Source: Candidatus Liptonbacteria bacterium (GTDB lineage: Bacteria > Patescibacteriota > Minisyncoccia > UBA6257 > 2-01-FULL-56-20). Taken from it: a DNA stretch of 64,000 nt. The DNA is taken from positions 489,802 to 553,801 of the forward strand of contig JAHFLL010000001.1 of NCBI GenBank assembly GCA_023244895.1, in the 5' to 3' direction. The translations under genes and the position numbers were made by a program. Below are positions 18,804 to 28,479 of the stretch, piece by piece; position 1 is the stretch's first letter, and each line of letters begins with the position of its first letter. The notes beneath the pieces were generated by a model. It saw only the letters and a list, made by a program, of their open reading frames with translations, searched no databases and was not told the origin of the DNA.

Positions 18804-19364
18804 TTATTTATCCGGCCTAATGTTTTTCTTGAGCAACGCTCGCCCGCGACCCAAACGCACGCCCACCGTAGAAACAGGAATCTGTAGAATATCCGCGATT
18901 TCCTGATAATTCATCTCCTCAAAATAGTAAAGGACCAGGGGCTCGCGATATTTGGCATCTAAAGAATTTAAAGACTTTTCCATCCAATCCTTGATCTCTC
19001 GTGAATTAGCTCTTTCATCTGCCGTCTCTCTGGCTATGGGATGAGGGAAAAGCACATCTATATCAAAAAGAGAAAAAGTCTCCTTGCCCTTTTTGCTCTT
19101 AATTACGTTCAAAAACTCATTGTGCGCTACCCGGTAAAGCCAGGGCGAGAACCTTCTTTTCGCGTCAAAGCTTTGCAGATTAGAATAGGCCCTAATAAAA
19201 ACATCCTGCACTAAGTCTTTAGCGTCATCCTGACCGAATAGGAATTTGCGGGCGTAACGCAATAATTTCTGCTCGTAGCGTTCCACAACTACGCCAAAAG
19301 CGTCCACGTCCCCGCCCTGCACCATAGCGACAACTTCCTCATCGGTCCGATCCGCCAGGCTCAT
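18804..19364 (-). CDS. RNA polymerase sigma factor, ECF (sigma-70 group 4)
   Basis: Region 2 reads DLVQDVFIRAYSNLQSFDAKRRFSPWLYRVAHNEF. Region 4 HTH reads NYQEIADILQIPVSTVGVRLGRGRALLKK. Confidence 0.9.
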   Translation of the reverse strand: MSLADRTDEEVVAMVQGGDVDAFGVVVERYEQKLLRYARKFLFGQDDAKDLVQDVFIRAYSNLQSFDAKRRFSPWLYRVAHNEFLNVIKSKKGKETFSLFDIDVLFPHPIARETADERANSREIKDWMEKSLNSLDAKYREPLVLYYFEEMNYQEIADILQIPVSTVGVRLGRGRALLKKNIRPDK

Positions 19365-19401
19365 AGTATTAATACAAGATCTAATAGATGTTTATTTCAA
19401 G

Positions 19402-19734
19402 CTAGGAACCCACCTCATCCATTTCGTCCATTATTCGCATCACTTCATCATAGATATCCGTCTCTCCTGCGCTATATAACTGAACGCGCATAGTTTCTAA
19501 AATATCCCAAGCCTCCCTGGTAAACCCGGCCGCACGATAGAGCTTAGCTCTTTTGACGTCAAACTCATTGTTGGCGCGGGGAGAGTTAATCTCGTTGGCG
19601 CGCACTTCTTCTGCTTGCACCCAAGCCACCAAAGACTCTCTCGCTTCCTGGTTATCCGGACCAAGGCTTTTAAGCCTGTCTATCAGTTCAAGTTCCGCTC
19701 CGGAAAATTCCAATGTTTCAATTCTTTCTGACAT
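19402..19734 (-). CDS. Hypothetical acidic protein
   Basis: A 110-aa ORF with no known motif. Confidence 0.45.
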   Translation of the reverse strand: MSERIETLEFSGAELELIDRLKSLGPDNQEARESLVAWVQAEEVRANEINSPRANNEFDVKRAKLYRAAGFTREAWDILETMRVQLYSAGETDIYDEVMRIMDEMDEVGS

Positions 19735-19739
19735 ATAAA

Positions 19740-20402
19740 CTACTTAAGCGTGATGGACTCTATTACTACTGGACTAATTGGTCGGTCGTTCTGATCGGTC
19801 GGGACGGAATTGATGGCCATAACCACGTCCAGACCCGCGGTTACCCTGCCGAAAACGGTGTGTTTCTGGTCTAAGAAGTTGTTAGCGGAAACATTAATGA
19901 AGAACTGACTACCATTGGTGTCTGGCCCCGCATTTGCCATAGCAATCGTACCCACGTCATTTCTATTGCTCGCAGTTATTTCGTCCTCAAAAGTATAGCC
20001 TGGTCCGCCGGTCCCCCATCTCGCCATCTGAGAATCGTCCTTACTTAGGGGGTCGCCACCCTGATTCATAAAACCCTTTATAACCCGATGGAATTTAGTT
20101 CCGTTATAAAAACCCTCTCCCGCCAGCTTGACGAAGTTCGCCACAGTCTTGGGTGTGGTCTCTGGGGTAAACTCAACACTGAAATCTCCCTTATTGGTGT
20201 GTATGGTTGCGTTCATAATTTTATTGTCTGTGTTTATTGGATTAACGACTGGTTTGTTATCTTCTGAAACCGCCCCGCCCAAGTCGCCCGGCACCACCCC
20301 CGGTCCCGTTACTTTAGTTCTATTATTATCCGAAATCCAATATATCCCAAAACCGATTATGAGCGCGCATATTATTAGTAAAACAATTTTATTGGTCGTC
20401 AT
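19740..20402 (-). CDS. Peptidyl-prolyl cis-trans isomerase, cyclophilin type, membrane-anchored
   Basis: The cyclophilin core reads FHRVIKGFMNQGGDP...GTGGPGYTFEDE...SQFFIN. An N-terminal TM helix is present. Confidence 0.9.
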   Translation of the reverse strand: MTTNKIVLLIICALIIGFGIYWISDNNRTKVTGPGVVPGDLGGAVSEDNKPVVNPINTDNKIMNATIHTNKGDFSVEFTPETTPKTVANFVKLAGEGFYNGTKFHRVIKGFMNQGGDPLSKDDSQMARWGTGGPGYTFEDEITASNRNDVGTIAMANAGPDTNGSQFFINVSANNFLDQKHTVFGRVTAGLDVVMAINSVPTDQNDRPISPVVIESITLK

Positions 20403-20622
20403 TGGAACATTCTAACACTTTCGGTTGGAGCTGTCTCAAAGGATTACAAAATCAGAGCATATTACAGGTTCTTATAAACTTTGATAATTACCCGAAATAG
20501 ACCCGAGAAACTGGGCCCGTTTAAAGCTTCTTGAGCTCTTGTAATATCTGGGGGGACGTCTCGGCTCTATATCATATGGCAAAGGTCGAACCATCCACAT
20601 CAACAATCAAAAAATAAAAACA

Positions 20623-21243
20623 ATGAAAACAACGAAAAAGTATCTGCTCTTATCTTTAGTGACCGTCCTTACGGTTACGGGCATGAGCATCGGTTCTTTG
20701 GGCTTCGCGCAAACAGTCACGCCTTTGGTCTGTACTTTAGGAGTGTCTTCCGTAAGGGCAAATCAGGCGGAGATTTTAACTGCGACGGGCGGCAACGGAA
20801 CCTATTTCTGGTCTGGTCCGAATCTGAACATTACCAATACAGCTGGCAATCAGTTCGCGGTCAGCTATCCGGATCCCGGTACCTATTTGGTAACAGTTGC
20901 GAGCGCTGGTCAAACAGCAACCTGTAGCGTAATCGTTACGGCGGCGGCATCTACTGGCAGCATCGCCTGTTCCCCGGCAGTGCAAAGCGTCACATTGGGA
21001 CAAACCGTTTCTGTTTCGGCAACGGGAGGTAATAGCGTATATGTCTGGTCTTCTCCGGATTTGACCATCATCAATCCGAATGGCTCGGGCTTTAGCGCTA
21101 ATTACGCGTCCAGCGGACTTAAAACCTTGACCGTCACAAGCGCGGGACTAATGGATACCTGCGCGGTGAATGTCTTGAGCGGTGTCGTTACTCCTCCGGT
21201 TACTCCTGGCTTACCGAGCACGGGCGGTGGTTTCGGTCAATAA
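20623..21243 (+). CDS. Secreted tandem-Ig-like repeat protein ending in LPSTG, with no membrane anchor
   Basis: It has a signal peptide and two roughly 70-aa repeats (ATGGNGTYFWSGPNLNITN... and ATGGNSVYVWSSPDLTIIN...). The C-terminus reads ...PGLPSTGGGFGQ followed by a stop. Confidence 0.7.
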   Translation: MKTTKKYLLLSLVTVLTVTGMSIGSLGFAQTVTPLVCTLGVSSVRANQAEILTATGGNGTYFWSGPNLNITNTAGNQFAVSYPDPGTYLVTVASAGQTATCSVIVTAAASTGSIACSPAVQSVTLGQTVSVSATGGNSVYVWSSPDLTIINPNGSGFSANYASSGLKTLTVTSAGLMDTCAVNVLSGVVTPPVTPGLPSTGGGFGQ

Positions 21244-21275
21244 AGAAATAAGCAGGCCGAACGCCTTTAAGTGAT

Positions 21276-21971
21276 ATGAGCGCTAATTCTACAAAAACAT
21301 TTTCCTGGAAAGCGGCGATTCTCTTATCTTTGGGCGTAGGCCTGCTCGTAGCAGGCCTTTCCATTTTCCTGCAAACCAGAAGTCAGACCCGGCAAATCTT
21401 CCCTATAGGAGCAGAAAGCCCCGGGTCTATCGCAGAGGTTGTGGAACCAGTGGCAGAAGATCCAAAGCCCATGGCCGCGATTCCCGCGGCAGTGAGTCTT
21501 GGATCTTCTTTTGATGTCCCTAGTCAGCCGACACGATTACTCATTCCCGCTATCGGGGTGGATGCCAATATTCAGAGCGTAGGACTTTCTTGGAGGAATG
21601 ATGGAACCATGGGCATCCCCACCAACTTCACGGATGTCGCCTGGTATAATTTGGGACCCAGGCCCGGTATGCCGGGTAGCGCCGTGATTGACGGTCACTT
21701 GGATGGCAAGAAAGTTAAAGAGGCCGTCTTTTATAATCTCGGCAATTTGAAACCAGGCGATTCCGTAGGGGTGGTGGATCGGGCGGGTAAGACGGCGCAG
21801 TTCCGGGTTGTGGAAACTAAAATCTACGAACACGATGCCGTAACTACTGATATTTTTTCTAATGATTCCGGGAAGACTAGGCTCAATCTAATAACTTGCA
21901 CAGGAGATTGGATCAAAGACCAAAAAATGTATGACCGAAGAATCGTGGTGTTCACCGAACTTATTAACTAG
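21276..21971 (+). CDS. Sortase family transpeptidase
   Basis: It has an N-terminal TM helix. A catalytic His region reads AVIDGHLD. The catalytic Cys motif reads TRLNLITCTGDW, a TLxTC sortase signature. Confidence 0.85.
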   Translation: MSANSTKTFSWKAAILLSLGVGLLVAGLSIFLQTRSQTRQIFPIGAESPGSIAEVVEPVAEDPKPMAAIPAAVSLGSSFDVPSQPTRLLIPAIGVDANIQSVGLSWRNDGTMGIPTNFTDVAWYNLGPRPGMPGSAVIDGHLDGKKVKEAVFYNLGNLKPGDSVGVVDRAGKTAQFRVVETKIYEHDAVTTDIFSNDSGKTRLNLITCTGDWIKDQKMYDRRIVVFTELIN

Positions 21972-22043
21972 ACGCCTAGCGAATTCAGGTCACGTAAACT
22001 CCCTCAAATATTCAAGGGTAAATATTTTTCCTCTCTACCTCGG

Positions 22044-23891
22044 CTAAACCGTACGCTCTTTTGAAATTACCGCCAGCGCGGTCAAGACGAATAGGAGGAG
22101 ACCCGAGATTACGATAATGTCTCCCGAGAATGTACTATCTTCTGGAAGGAATCCTGCGTCAGGAAGACTGGGGGTGGTCACTAGAACATCAGCGAAGGCG
22201 TAGCCCAGCGCGGTCAAACCATTAGCCTTACCTTCTGCAGTAGCGATATTCCTGGTTGAAGCTGGAACGTTTGTCCGGCAGGTATACGCCCAGATTTCAC
22301 TCGGCTCAAGCAGATTATTACTGTTCAGATCTCCAGAGATACGAGAGACTGGAGCGCACTTGTCGTCCGTTACGACCACATCGTGCAACGCAACTACGCC
22401 CGGATTTATTACGGTATAAGCATAGGTAACATCACCTCCTCCGAATGGGAACGGGGTCAGGCGATCGGGCACCTTTATGATATTAATGAGCGGGGGCGTG
22501 AGTGGTGCGCCGACGACCACCGTTGCGATTGCGGTGGCGATCGTGGCTTGGTTGGCGCCGTCGTCGCTATGCCCAATCGCAATCGCGGTATTGGTGGTAG
22601 TGTTCGCGAGCGTTGCGGCGCAACTGTATTTCCAGTATTCGCCTGGATCAAGCTTGGCGTTGTTGTTAAGGTCGCCGGAAACAAAATTTACCGGAGCGCA
22701 CTTGTCGTCCGTTAGTGTAACATTAGTCAGAGACTGCTGACCTCCAACATTCCAAGCCGTATAGTTGTAAATGACCGAGCCGGGACCCGCAGGCAAGGCT
22801 AATGGCGTAGGAACTTTGACTATCCCAATCAGGGGTATAATCCTGCCGCCTCCGGCACCGATAAGAACTGGCGCCGCCAGAGGAACGAAGGTGTTAACAA
22901 TAGTACAGGTCCTGTTTTCGCCCGCGGCGAGCGTCACGTTCCCGCTTGAGTTACAAGCCCCGCTGAAACTTCGCACATAGGAAGTATTCGCATCTTCGCT
23001 AACCGCGTACGTGCCCGCGGCGAGAGAATAAGAAATTCCAGGCGCCGCGACTCCCGCTGCCGGGCTTCCCGACACCTCCGTACTGGAAGAATTTTTCACG
23101 TGCACGCTGAAACTTGAAGAAATCGCCGCACCGCCACCGCCGTTAACAACCAGCTTAACCACATTAAGAGTAGCGGGTAGTGACCCGCAGGTCGGTACGG
23201 TGATAGTGTTCGTATCAGTAGTGATGGTTCCACCAAACGCCAAAGACCTCCCTGTCCAAGTAGTGTTGGCGCCTACGGTTACCCCCGCGTTACTGATAAC
23301 GGTACCCGCTAATGTGGTGTTGGCGGCAAATGTTGCGGCTTGCGTTGGCGTCCAGAAAACGTCGCAAGCAGACGCTCCCGTGAGAGTAACGGTCGCACCC
23401 GCTGTGGAAGTAAGCGCACCAACTGGCCTGAAGATGTATGTTCCACTCCCGTTTAACGTAAGCGGACCTCCTATGTCCATCGCTCCCGAGCTACAATACA
23501 CTCCGGGCACGTACACGCCAGCAGTGCCATGGGTTATGTCGGTGGAGAGATTAATCGCTCCTCCCCCGAAAGTAAAAGTACATAATTGAGAAGCCAGAGC
23601 AGATAGAGCGCTCCCCTGGTCCGCGCCCGCGATAGCGTACGGAGCACCGGAGCCATAGTTTATATGTGTGCCCAAAGGAGCAACTGCTGGTCCGGTAGTG
23701 AACCCTACTCCTCCATTAATCGTGGTCCCTGCGGTAGTGTTGGTATAGGTACTACCCAGCACGCCATAAGCTGCCGCCGCTCCCAGAGATGGGGTTGTGG
23801 CCGCCAGCGCGGCAATTGGCCCAGCAAAGCCGAGCACGAATACCACGGTTAATATGGCTACTATTATTGTATTTCTACTAGGCTTTTTCAT
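22044..23891 (-). CDS. Large surface protein with a C-terminal LPDAG-type cell-wall sorting signal
   Basis: A 615-aa protein with a signal peptide. It has Thr/Gly/Ala-rich beta-rich repeats and two copies of a DUF11-like module (DDKCAPV...SGDLN.N..L(D/E)P.E.W.Y.C). The C-terminus reads SLPDAG, then 11 aa, then a hydrophobic stretch IIVISGLLLFVLTALAVIS, then KERTV. Confidence 0.7.
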   Translation of the reverse strand: MKKPSRNTIIVAILTVVFVLGFAGPIAALAATTPSLGAAAAYGVLGSTYTNTTAGTTINGGVGFTTGPAVAPLGTHINYGSGAPYAIAGADQGSALSALASQLCTFTFGGGAINLSTDITHGTAGVYVPGVYCSSGAMDIGGPLTLNGSGTYIFRPVGALTSTAGATVTLTGASACDVFWTPTQAATFAANTTLAGTVISNAGVTVGANTTWTGRSLAFGGTITTDTNTITVPTCGSLPATLNVVKLVVNGGGGAAISSSFSVHVKNSSSTEVSGSPAAGVAAPGISYSLAAGTYAVSEDANTSYVRSFSGACNSSGNVTLAAGENRTCTIVNTFVPLAAPVLIGAGGGRIIPLIGIVKVPTPLALPAGPGSVIYNYTAWNVGGQQSLTNVTLTDDKCAPVNFVSGDLNNNAKLDPGEYWKYSCAATLANTTTNTAIAIGHSDDGANQATIATAIATVVVGAPLTPPLINIIKVPDRLTPFPFGGGDVTYAYTVINPGVVALHDVVVTDDKCAPVSRISGDLNSNNLLEPSEIWAYTCRTNVPASTRNIATAEGKANGLTALGYAFADVLVTTPSLPDAGFLPEDSTFSGDIIVISGLLLFVLTALAVISKERTV

Positions 23892-24013
23892 GTGTTTTTA
23901 CCGGCAAGTTAGCTTTAGTTAATTATTTGTAACTAGCCTTTATACAAACGCCGTCTCGGCAGGCGCCTTATTACAACATGTCTAAGCCTGGAGTATTATC
24001 GCCTACCCTGCTT

Positions 24014-24364
24014 TTATTTTTCGTCAAGTTTTGCCGCCGCCTCCGGAGTTGACACTGTTTTGCTCATAAGAAACAGCCGGACAATCGCGAGGGCAATCAT
24101 CCAATAGACCAGCATCGCAAGCAGGGTGGTCCACTCAAAGATACTGCCCTGCACGACGGTCCTCGGAAACACCGCGAGAAATGGAGCGGTAAAGGGCCAG
24201 GTTAGGGCGTATATGAAGCTGCTAAACCCAGCCGTGGGGTTTGCCCCCGTCAGCTTGAGCACAAAACGGAATACGAGCAATACTTCCAAAAGAGAAACAA
24301 GATACCATACGATCTGAGTGCCTTTAAACAACGGCTTAGTAGTGGGAGAGTTATATGAGTCCAT
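24014..24364 (-). CDS. YggT-family membrane protein
   Basis: The motif LVFRFVLKLTGANP and a second TM segment fit the YggT/Ycf19 pattern. Confidence 0.55.
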   Translation of the reverse strand: MDSYNSPTTKPLFKGTQIVWYLVSLLEVLLVFRFVLKLTGANPTAGFSSFIYALTWPFTAPFLAVFPRTVVQGSIFEWTTLLAMLVYWMIALAIVRLFLMSKTVSTPEAAAKLDEK

Positions 24365-24408
24365 AGTTTTTAATGTTAATTAGTGTGTTTCCAGAACGAC
24401 TATTTATT

Positions 24409-24657
24409 TTAGCGACGCAATATCCGCAGAATAAAGATGAACACGCACGCTCCTAGGAGTGCGACTAGAAAACTGTAGATATTAAATCCTCCCACCCCGC
24501 TTTCTCCGATGATACTCATCAGCCACCCGCCGATGAAGGCGCCGGCTATACCGACCAGAATATTAAGCAACGCTCCCTGCTCGGCATCCGTCTTCATTAT
24601 TAGAGAGGCTACCCAACCAACTAGAGCACCAAACACTATCCATATAACAATTCCCAT
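24409..24657 (-). CDS. GlsB/YeaQ/YmgE family small membrane protein
   Basis: MGIVIWIVFGALVGWVASLIMK...ILVGIAGAFIGGWL matches the transglycosylase-associated (GlsB/YeaQ/YmgE) family. Confidence 0.8.
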   Translation of the reverse strand: MGIVIWIVFGALVGWVASLIMKTDAEQGALLNILVGIAGAFIGGWLMSIIGESGVGGFNIYSFLVALLGACVFIFILRILRR

Positions 24658-24674
24658 ATTTTTGTAATTAAGTG

Positions 24675-25784
24675 TTATTTTGTTTTGAAGACCATCGGTT
24701 CTCCGCGCACAAGTCCAAGACTATTCTGCGCCACCCCGCGAAAATAGTAGTTAGTTCTCGGAATCAACTCGGACGCTCTTGCATCAACCGATATTACACT
24801 TGATCCTGCCCCAACCGACTTCTGCTCGGTTGAGCGCAATAAGGCAGAACTAAAGATGGAGTCCGGACTGTACTCATACCAGTATCTGGTTTCCGCGCCA
24901 TTTGGATTAACCGTACCCCGCAAGGTAACGGAAGAAGTGCTTATATTAATAGCGCTCCTCGTAATGACGGAGGGTGCAGCTGCCGAGACTGGGCCAGTGG
25001 TTTTGAAGTTAAGTATCATGCCATTCACGGTGCCAAATTGATTTTGGGCGTTGAGGCGAAAATAATACGTGGTATTGGGGTCCAGACTAGCAAGAGATGC
25101 GGACACCGACACCCTGTCCATACCGTTTCCAGCGGAAATAATTGCCGTGGTATTCCCCAGGTCAGCGGTTTTGCCATACTCAAACCAATATTGCGTAGAT
25201 ACTTTATTGGGGGTTACTTCTCCGTTCAGATTGGCAGTAATTCTTGATATTTGATTTGCCGCTAAGGTTTTTACTACCGGAACACTGCCCACTATCGGAG
25301 GATTGCTGGGACTAGTCTGGAAGGAATACTGCGTGCCAACCGTTTGGCCATATTGATTTAGAGCCACCAGGCGGAAATAGTAGGTTGTGTTTTTAGCTAA
25401 TTCCGTAATATAGCCAGGCGCAGAGATTGAGACGAATCCAGACCCAACCGTTTGGCTTTTACCCGATATTTTATTGTTCAGATCAGAAGAAGTACTGTAC
25501 TCATACCAGTAGCTGGTCAAGGCACCATTTGGAGTTACAACGCCACCTAAAACCGCGGCTATGTCAGAAGCGGCAACATTGGCGCTGGTCGTCACTAAGG
25601 GCCTTCCGGGTTGGCGCGCCTGGACTGGAGGTGTGCTGGTTGGACTTACGTCCACCACCACTTCAGTAGTTGATGTGGTGTTGGCGCCAGGAGAAAACCA
25701 GGTCGTATTCTGACTGGCATATACGATAATCCCGCCGATTACCAATAGAACAACTACTCCGACCGCGACCGTAACTTTGTTCAT
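24675..25784 (-). CDS. Secreted protein with three tandem roughly 100-aa repeats
   Basis: An N-terminal TM helix is present. Three repeats each read (S/Q/R)YW(Y/F)EY...NTTYYFR(L/G)(V/N)AQN..G...G....F(Q/K)T. Confidence 0.6.
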   Translation of the reverse strand: MNKVTVAVGVVVLLVIGGIIVYASQNTTWFSPGANTTSTTEVVVDVSPTSTPPVQARQPGRPLVTTSANVAASDIAAVLGGVVTPNGALTSYWYEYSTSSDLNNKISGKSQTVGSGFVSISAPGYITELAKNTTYYFRLVALNQYGQTVGTQYSFQTSPSNPPIVGSVPVVKTLAANQISRITANLNGEVTPNKVSTQYWFEYGKTADLGNTTAIISAGNGMDRVSVSASLASLDPNTTYYFRLNAQNQFGTVNGMILNFKTTGPVSAAAPSVITRSAINISTSSVTLRGTVNPNGAETRYWYEYSPDSIFSSALLRSTEQKSVGAGSSVISVDARASELIPRTNYYFRGVAQNSLGLVRGEPMVFKTK

Positions 25785-25971
25785 AATATTTGTATTAGTT
25801 GGTTAATAAATTTACGCGAACTTTCCAGAAGACGCTGCCGTCTCCGCGACAAAGACATTACGACTATTCTTCGTTTTTGCCGTATTCGCTCTCCGGCAAG
25901 GCGCTGAGAGCACGACGCAGGATTTGCTGTAGGAATCGTAGTATCGTGATCTTAGCTCTGGCCATTTGGGG

Positions 25972-26553
25972 TTATGGCTTTCCTTTTAGTGCATTAATCT
26001 CCTGTTCTAATTTCCCAATGTGGGCTTCCAGCTTCTGGGTCCGCTCCATAAGCTTGGCTTCCAGTTGATTGGTGTGGCTGGCCAGCGTTTCCGCCACCGC
26101 CATCATTTCCGTAACGTCTTCCATGGCTAAAAGTATGATGGGCGGGAATATTCCGGAGACAATATCGTCTTCGTTATGGATCTGCCGCGCGTTCAAAATC
26201 ATTATTTTGCGTCCAATCAGAGGGAATTCGTGGTCAACTTCAAAACCTTTAAAAAAGGTGTTTTTGGGCAAAATACTCTCCAGTAGCTTGCGTAGGGCAG
26301 GGATATTCCACTGACCGTCTCCGAGTTCATAAACAATCTTGCCCTCGGTATCTTTCGGCCCAACCTGAAACATCTTATAGAAAGACTCATTGCCCGCCAT
26401 CACGCGAAGGTCCTTATCTAAAATCAAAATCGGCTCTCGTACCACGTCCACCACGGTCTTAATATATGTCCAGCTCTTCTCCCAAAGAGGACCCAAAAAA
26501 TCGGCTCCGGTTGTCTTAGTTTTTTGCACAATATCTTCTTTGTTTGTTTCCAT
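25972..26553 (-). CDS. PAS-domain protein with a C-terminal coiled coil
   Basis: A PAS-like core reads ILILDKDLRVMAGNESFYKMFQV...GRKIMILNARQI. It is followed by a heptad-rich tail. Confidence 0.6.
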   Translation of the reverse strand: METNKEDIVQKTKTTGADFLGPLWEKSWTYIKTVVDVVREPILILDKDLRVMAGNESFYKMFQVGPKDTEGKIVYELGDGQWNIPALRKLLESILPKNTFFKGFEVDHEFPLIGRKIMILNARQIHNEDDIVSGIFPPIILLAMEDVTEMMAVAETLASHTNQLEAKLMERTQKLEAHIGKLEQEINALKGKP

Positions 26554-26640
26554 AATAATTACGCCGTTATAGGACTTAAATTGTTACATAATACATCTCA
26601 TAAATAGGTTCTCTCCTTGGGGTTACCCGCCCTGCTCCCA

Positions 26641-27276
26641 TTACCAGTATTTCCTCATAAATTGCGCGACGATAACTGGTTCTACCCCGCCCTGAACCAA
26701 ATCCCCCGTAATGGTGACTATATCGCCCGCCCGGACGTCTTCTAGGGCCTCTTTCTCGCCCCGGGAGGTTATGAATTCCGTAAACGATTTAGTCTGTATT
26801 CCCCAGGTAAAAGAAATAGAATCCCAAGCCGTAACTACACGCACGATGCCGTTGGAAGAGGACACGACCCGTGCCCCGCGCAAAATGATCAAGCCGTTAT
26901 TCGCAATATTAACACCCAGCGTTGGTTGCTTTGAGAGCGGGGTTACGGGAAGAGTTGCTGCTCGAGTGGTGGAAAAATACGTCGCGCCCGAAGGGAGAGC
27001 TCCCAACGGGGACTCCGTGGAATTACGGACTGAAAATTGAGCGTAGACCTGGTATAGATAAGGACCAAACCAGAAAAGTGCCGTGACCACAACGGCCGTG
27101 ACCAAGAAAACTATTTGCAAATTAACACTTTTCCGTAAAACTTTTTTATCCTTTCGCATATAACCATAGCCGCCCCAGACCCGGAATTGTTTCATTGGTC
27201 TGAAATAGAGGCCCAAAGCTATGAAAGTTCTAGGACGCTCAAACGGGCTATTAAACGCGTAACGTGCTACACTCAA
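26641..27276 (-). CDS. Hypothetical membrane-anchored protein
   Basis: An ORF with one TM helix (IVFLVTAVVVTALFWF). It is divergent from the ECF sigma gene. Its start is uncertain. Confidence 0.4.
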   Translation of the reverse strand: MSVARYAFNSPFERPRTFIALGLYFRPMKQFRVWGGYGYMRKDKKVLRKSVNLQIVFLVTAVVVTALFWFGPYLYQVYAQFSVRNSTESPLGALPSGATYFSTTRAATLPVTPLSKQPTLGVNIANNGLIILRGARVVSSSNGIVRVVTAWDSISFTWGIQTKSFTEFITSRGEKEALEDVRAGDIVTITGDLVQGGVEPVIVAQFMRKYW

Positions 27277-27461
27277 GAACCAATTACCTACTCCTTAGCG
27301 CGCGACTCTGTAATCTCGGTGCGCTGAAGCACCCCATATCCGGTCGGTCACAAACGCAGGAGAGCCTATATATATCCTCGTTTTTACCGCGCCGTTGTAA
27401 TGCCCGTGTAATATTGCACGCAAACGGGCGGCTTAGATACCGAGGACCTTTAAAACTCAAT

Positions 27462-27977
27462 ATGATAACCCCCGAGGAAGAAAAACAACAAAAAGAGGTT
27501 TTGGCCACGGCCTACCAAAGCTACAGCAAGGGGCTTAATTCATACGCCTTTTTCAAAGTTAACAACCAGGGAGTTAGTCAGGAGTTGGTGCAAGATGTTT
27601 TTATGAAAACATGGAGATACCTCCTTAAGGGTGGCAAGGTGGATATAATGAAGGCGTTTCTGTATCACGTCCTCAATGATCTGGTAATAGATGAATATCG
27701 CAAACACAAAACAACTTCGCTCGACCTCCTTTTAGAGAAAGGATTTGAGCCGGGCACGGATGATTCTGGGCGTCTTTTCAAAATTCTAGACGGCAAGGCG
27801 GCACTTTTCTTAATCCAGCGCCTCCCGGAAACATATCAAAAGGTAATGCGCATGAAGTATGTGCAAGATCTTTCGCTTCAGGAGATGTCCCTCATTACCG
27901 GACAATCCAAAAACACCATCGCCGTACAAACGCACCGCGGACTTGAGAAGCTCAAACGGCTATACAAAACTACATAA
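27462..27977 (+). CDS. RNA polymerase sigma factor, ECF family
   Basis: Region 2 reads ELVQDVFMKTWRYL. Region 4 reads MKYVQDLSLQEMSLITGQSKNTIAVQTHRGLEKLKRLY. The start is placed at the internal ATG (MITPEEE...), because the N-terminal extension of the track ORF looks noncoding. Confidence 0.75.
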   Translation: MITPEEEKQQKEVLATAYQSYSKGLNSYAFFKVNNQGVSQELVQDVFMKTWRYLLKGGKVDIMKAFLYHVLNDLVIDEYRKHKTTSLDLLLEKGFEPGTDDSGRLFKILDGKAALFLIQRLPETYQKVMRMKYVQDLSLQEMSLITGQSKNTIAVQTHRGLEKLKRLYKTT

Positions 27978-27999
27978 ATGATGGCAGGCTACCACCAAG

Positions 28000-28455
28000 G
28001 TGAATTTTCCAAACCAAGAAGATAGAGGTAGCGAATTTGAAGAAGTTATAGAAAAACTCTCTTCTTTTTCCAGCGCTCGCAAAGAGCTGGTCATAGAATA
28101 TCTCAAAAAGATGCTCTCGGACGATAAGCCCGCCGGGGCAACTCGTCGTAGAACAGCTTCAACCATATCTAGCCTGGAACAATTAGTAACGCGCTATCCC
28201 AACATAGATTTCGCGGGGTTTATCTCCCGAGAAAACGACAAGGAACAATACCAGCTATGGAAATTGATTGACGCGTTTGAAGAAACGTCTAAACAACTTG
28301 GGCCGGGCGCTTTCGAGAAGCTGCGCATTACCCTGATCGTATTTGGCGAGAAAATTACCTATGTAAGCGACGGCACCATTGCCATAAACTACGAGCGGTT
28401 TTCCAAGGGAAACCTGGTAAAACAGCTGGTCGCGATGGCGCAACAGCAGGGCTGA
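28000..28455 (+). CDS. Hypothetical protein downstream of the ECF sigma gene
   Basis: A 151-aa ORF from a GTG start. It has no TM helix and no motif. Confidence 0.4.
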   Translation: MNFPNQEDRGSEFEEVIEKLSSFSSARKELVIEYLKKMLSDDKPAGATRRRTASTISSLEQLVTRYPNIDFAGFISRENDKEQYQLWKLIDAFEETSKQLGPGAFEKLRITLIVFGEKITYVSDGTIAINYERFSKGNLVKQLVAMAQQQG

Positions 28456-28479
28456 TATCCGCCCTAAAACAGAAACAAC

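Noticed and set aside
20776-21003. Minus-strand ORF 20776..21003 and similar ORFs inside the sortase-substrate gene
   Set aside because: It overlaps a plus-strand gene that has a clear signal peptide and repeats. It has Arg-rich low-complexity composition typical of antisense GC-rich frames.
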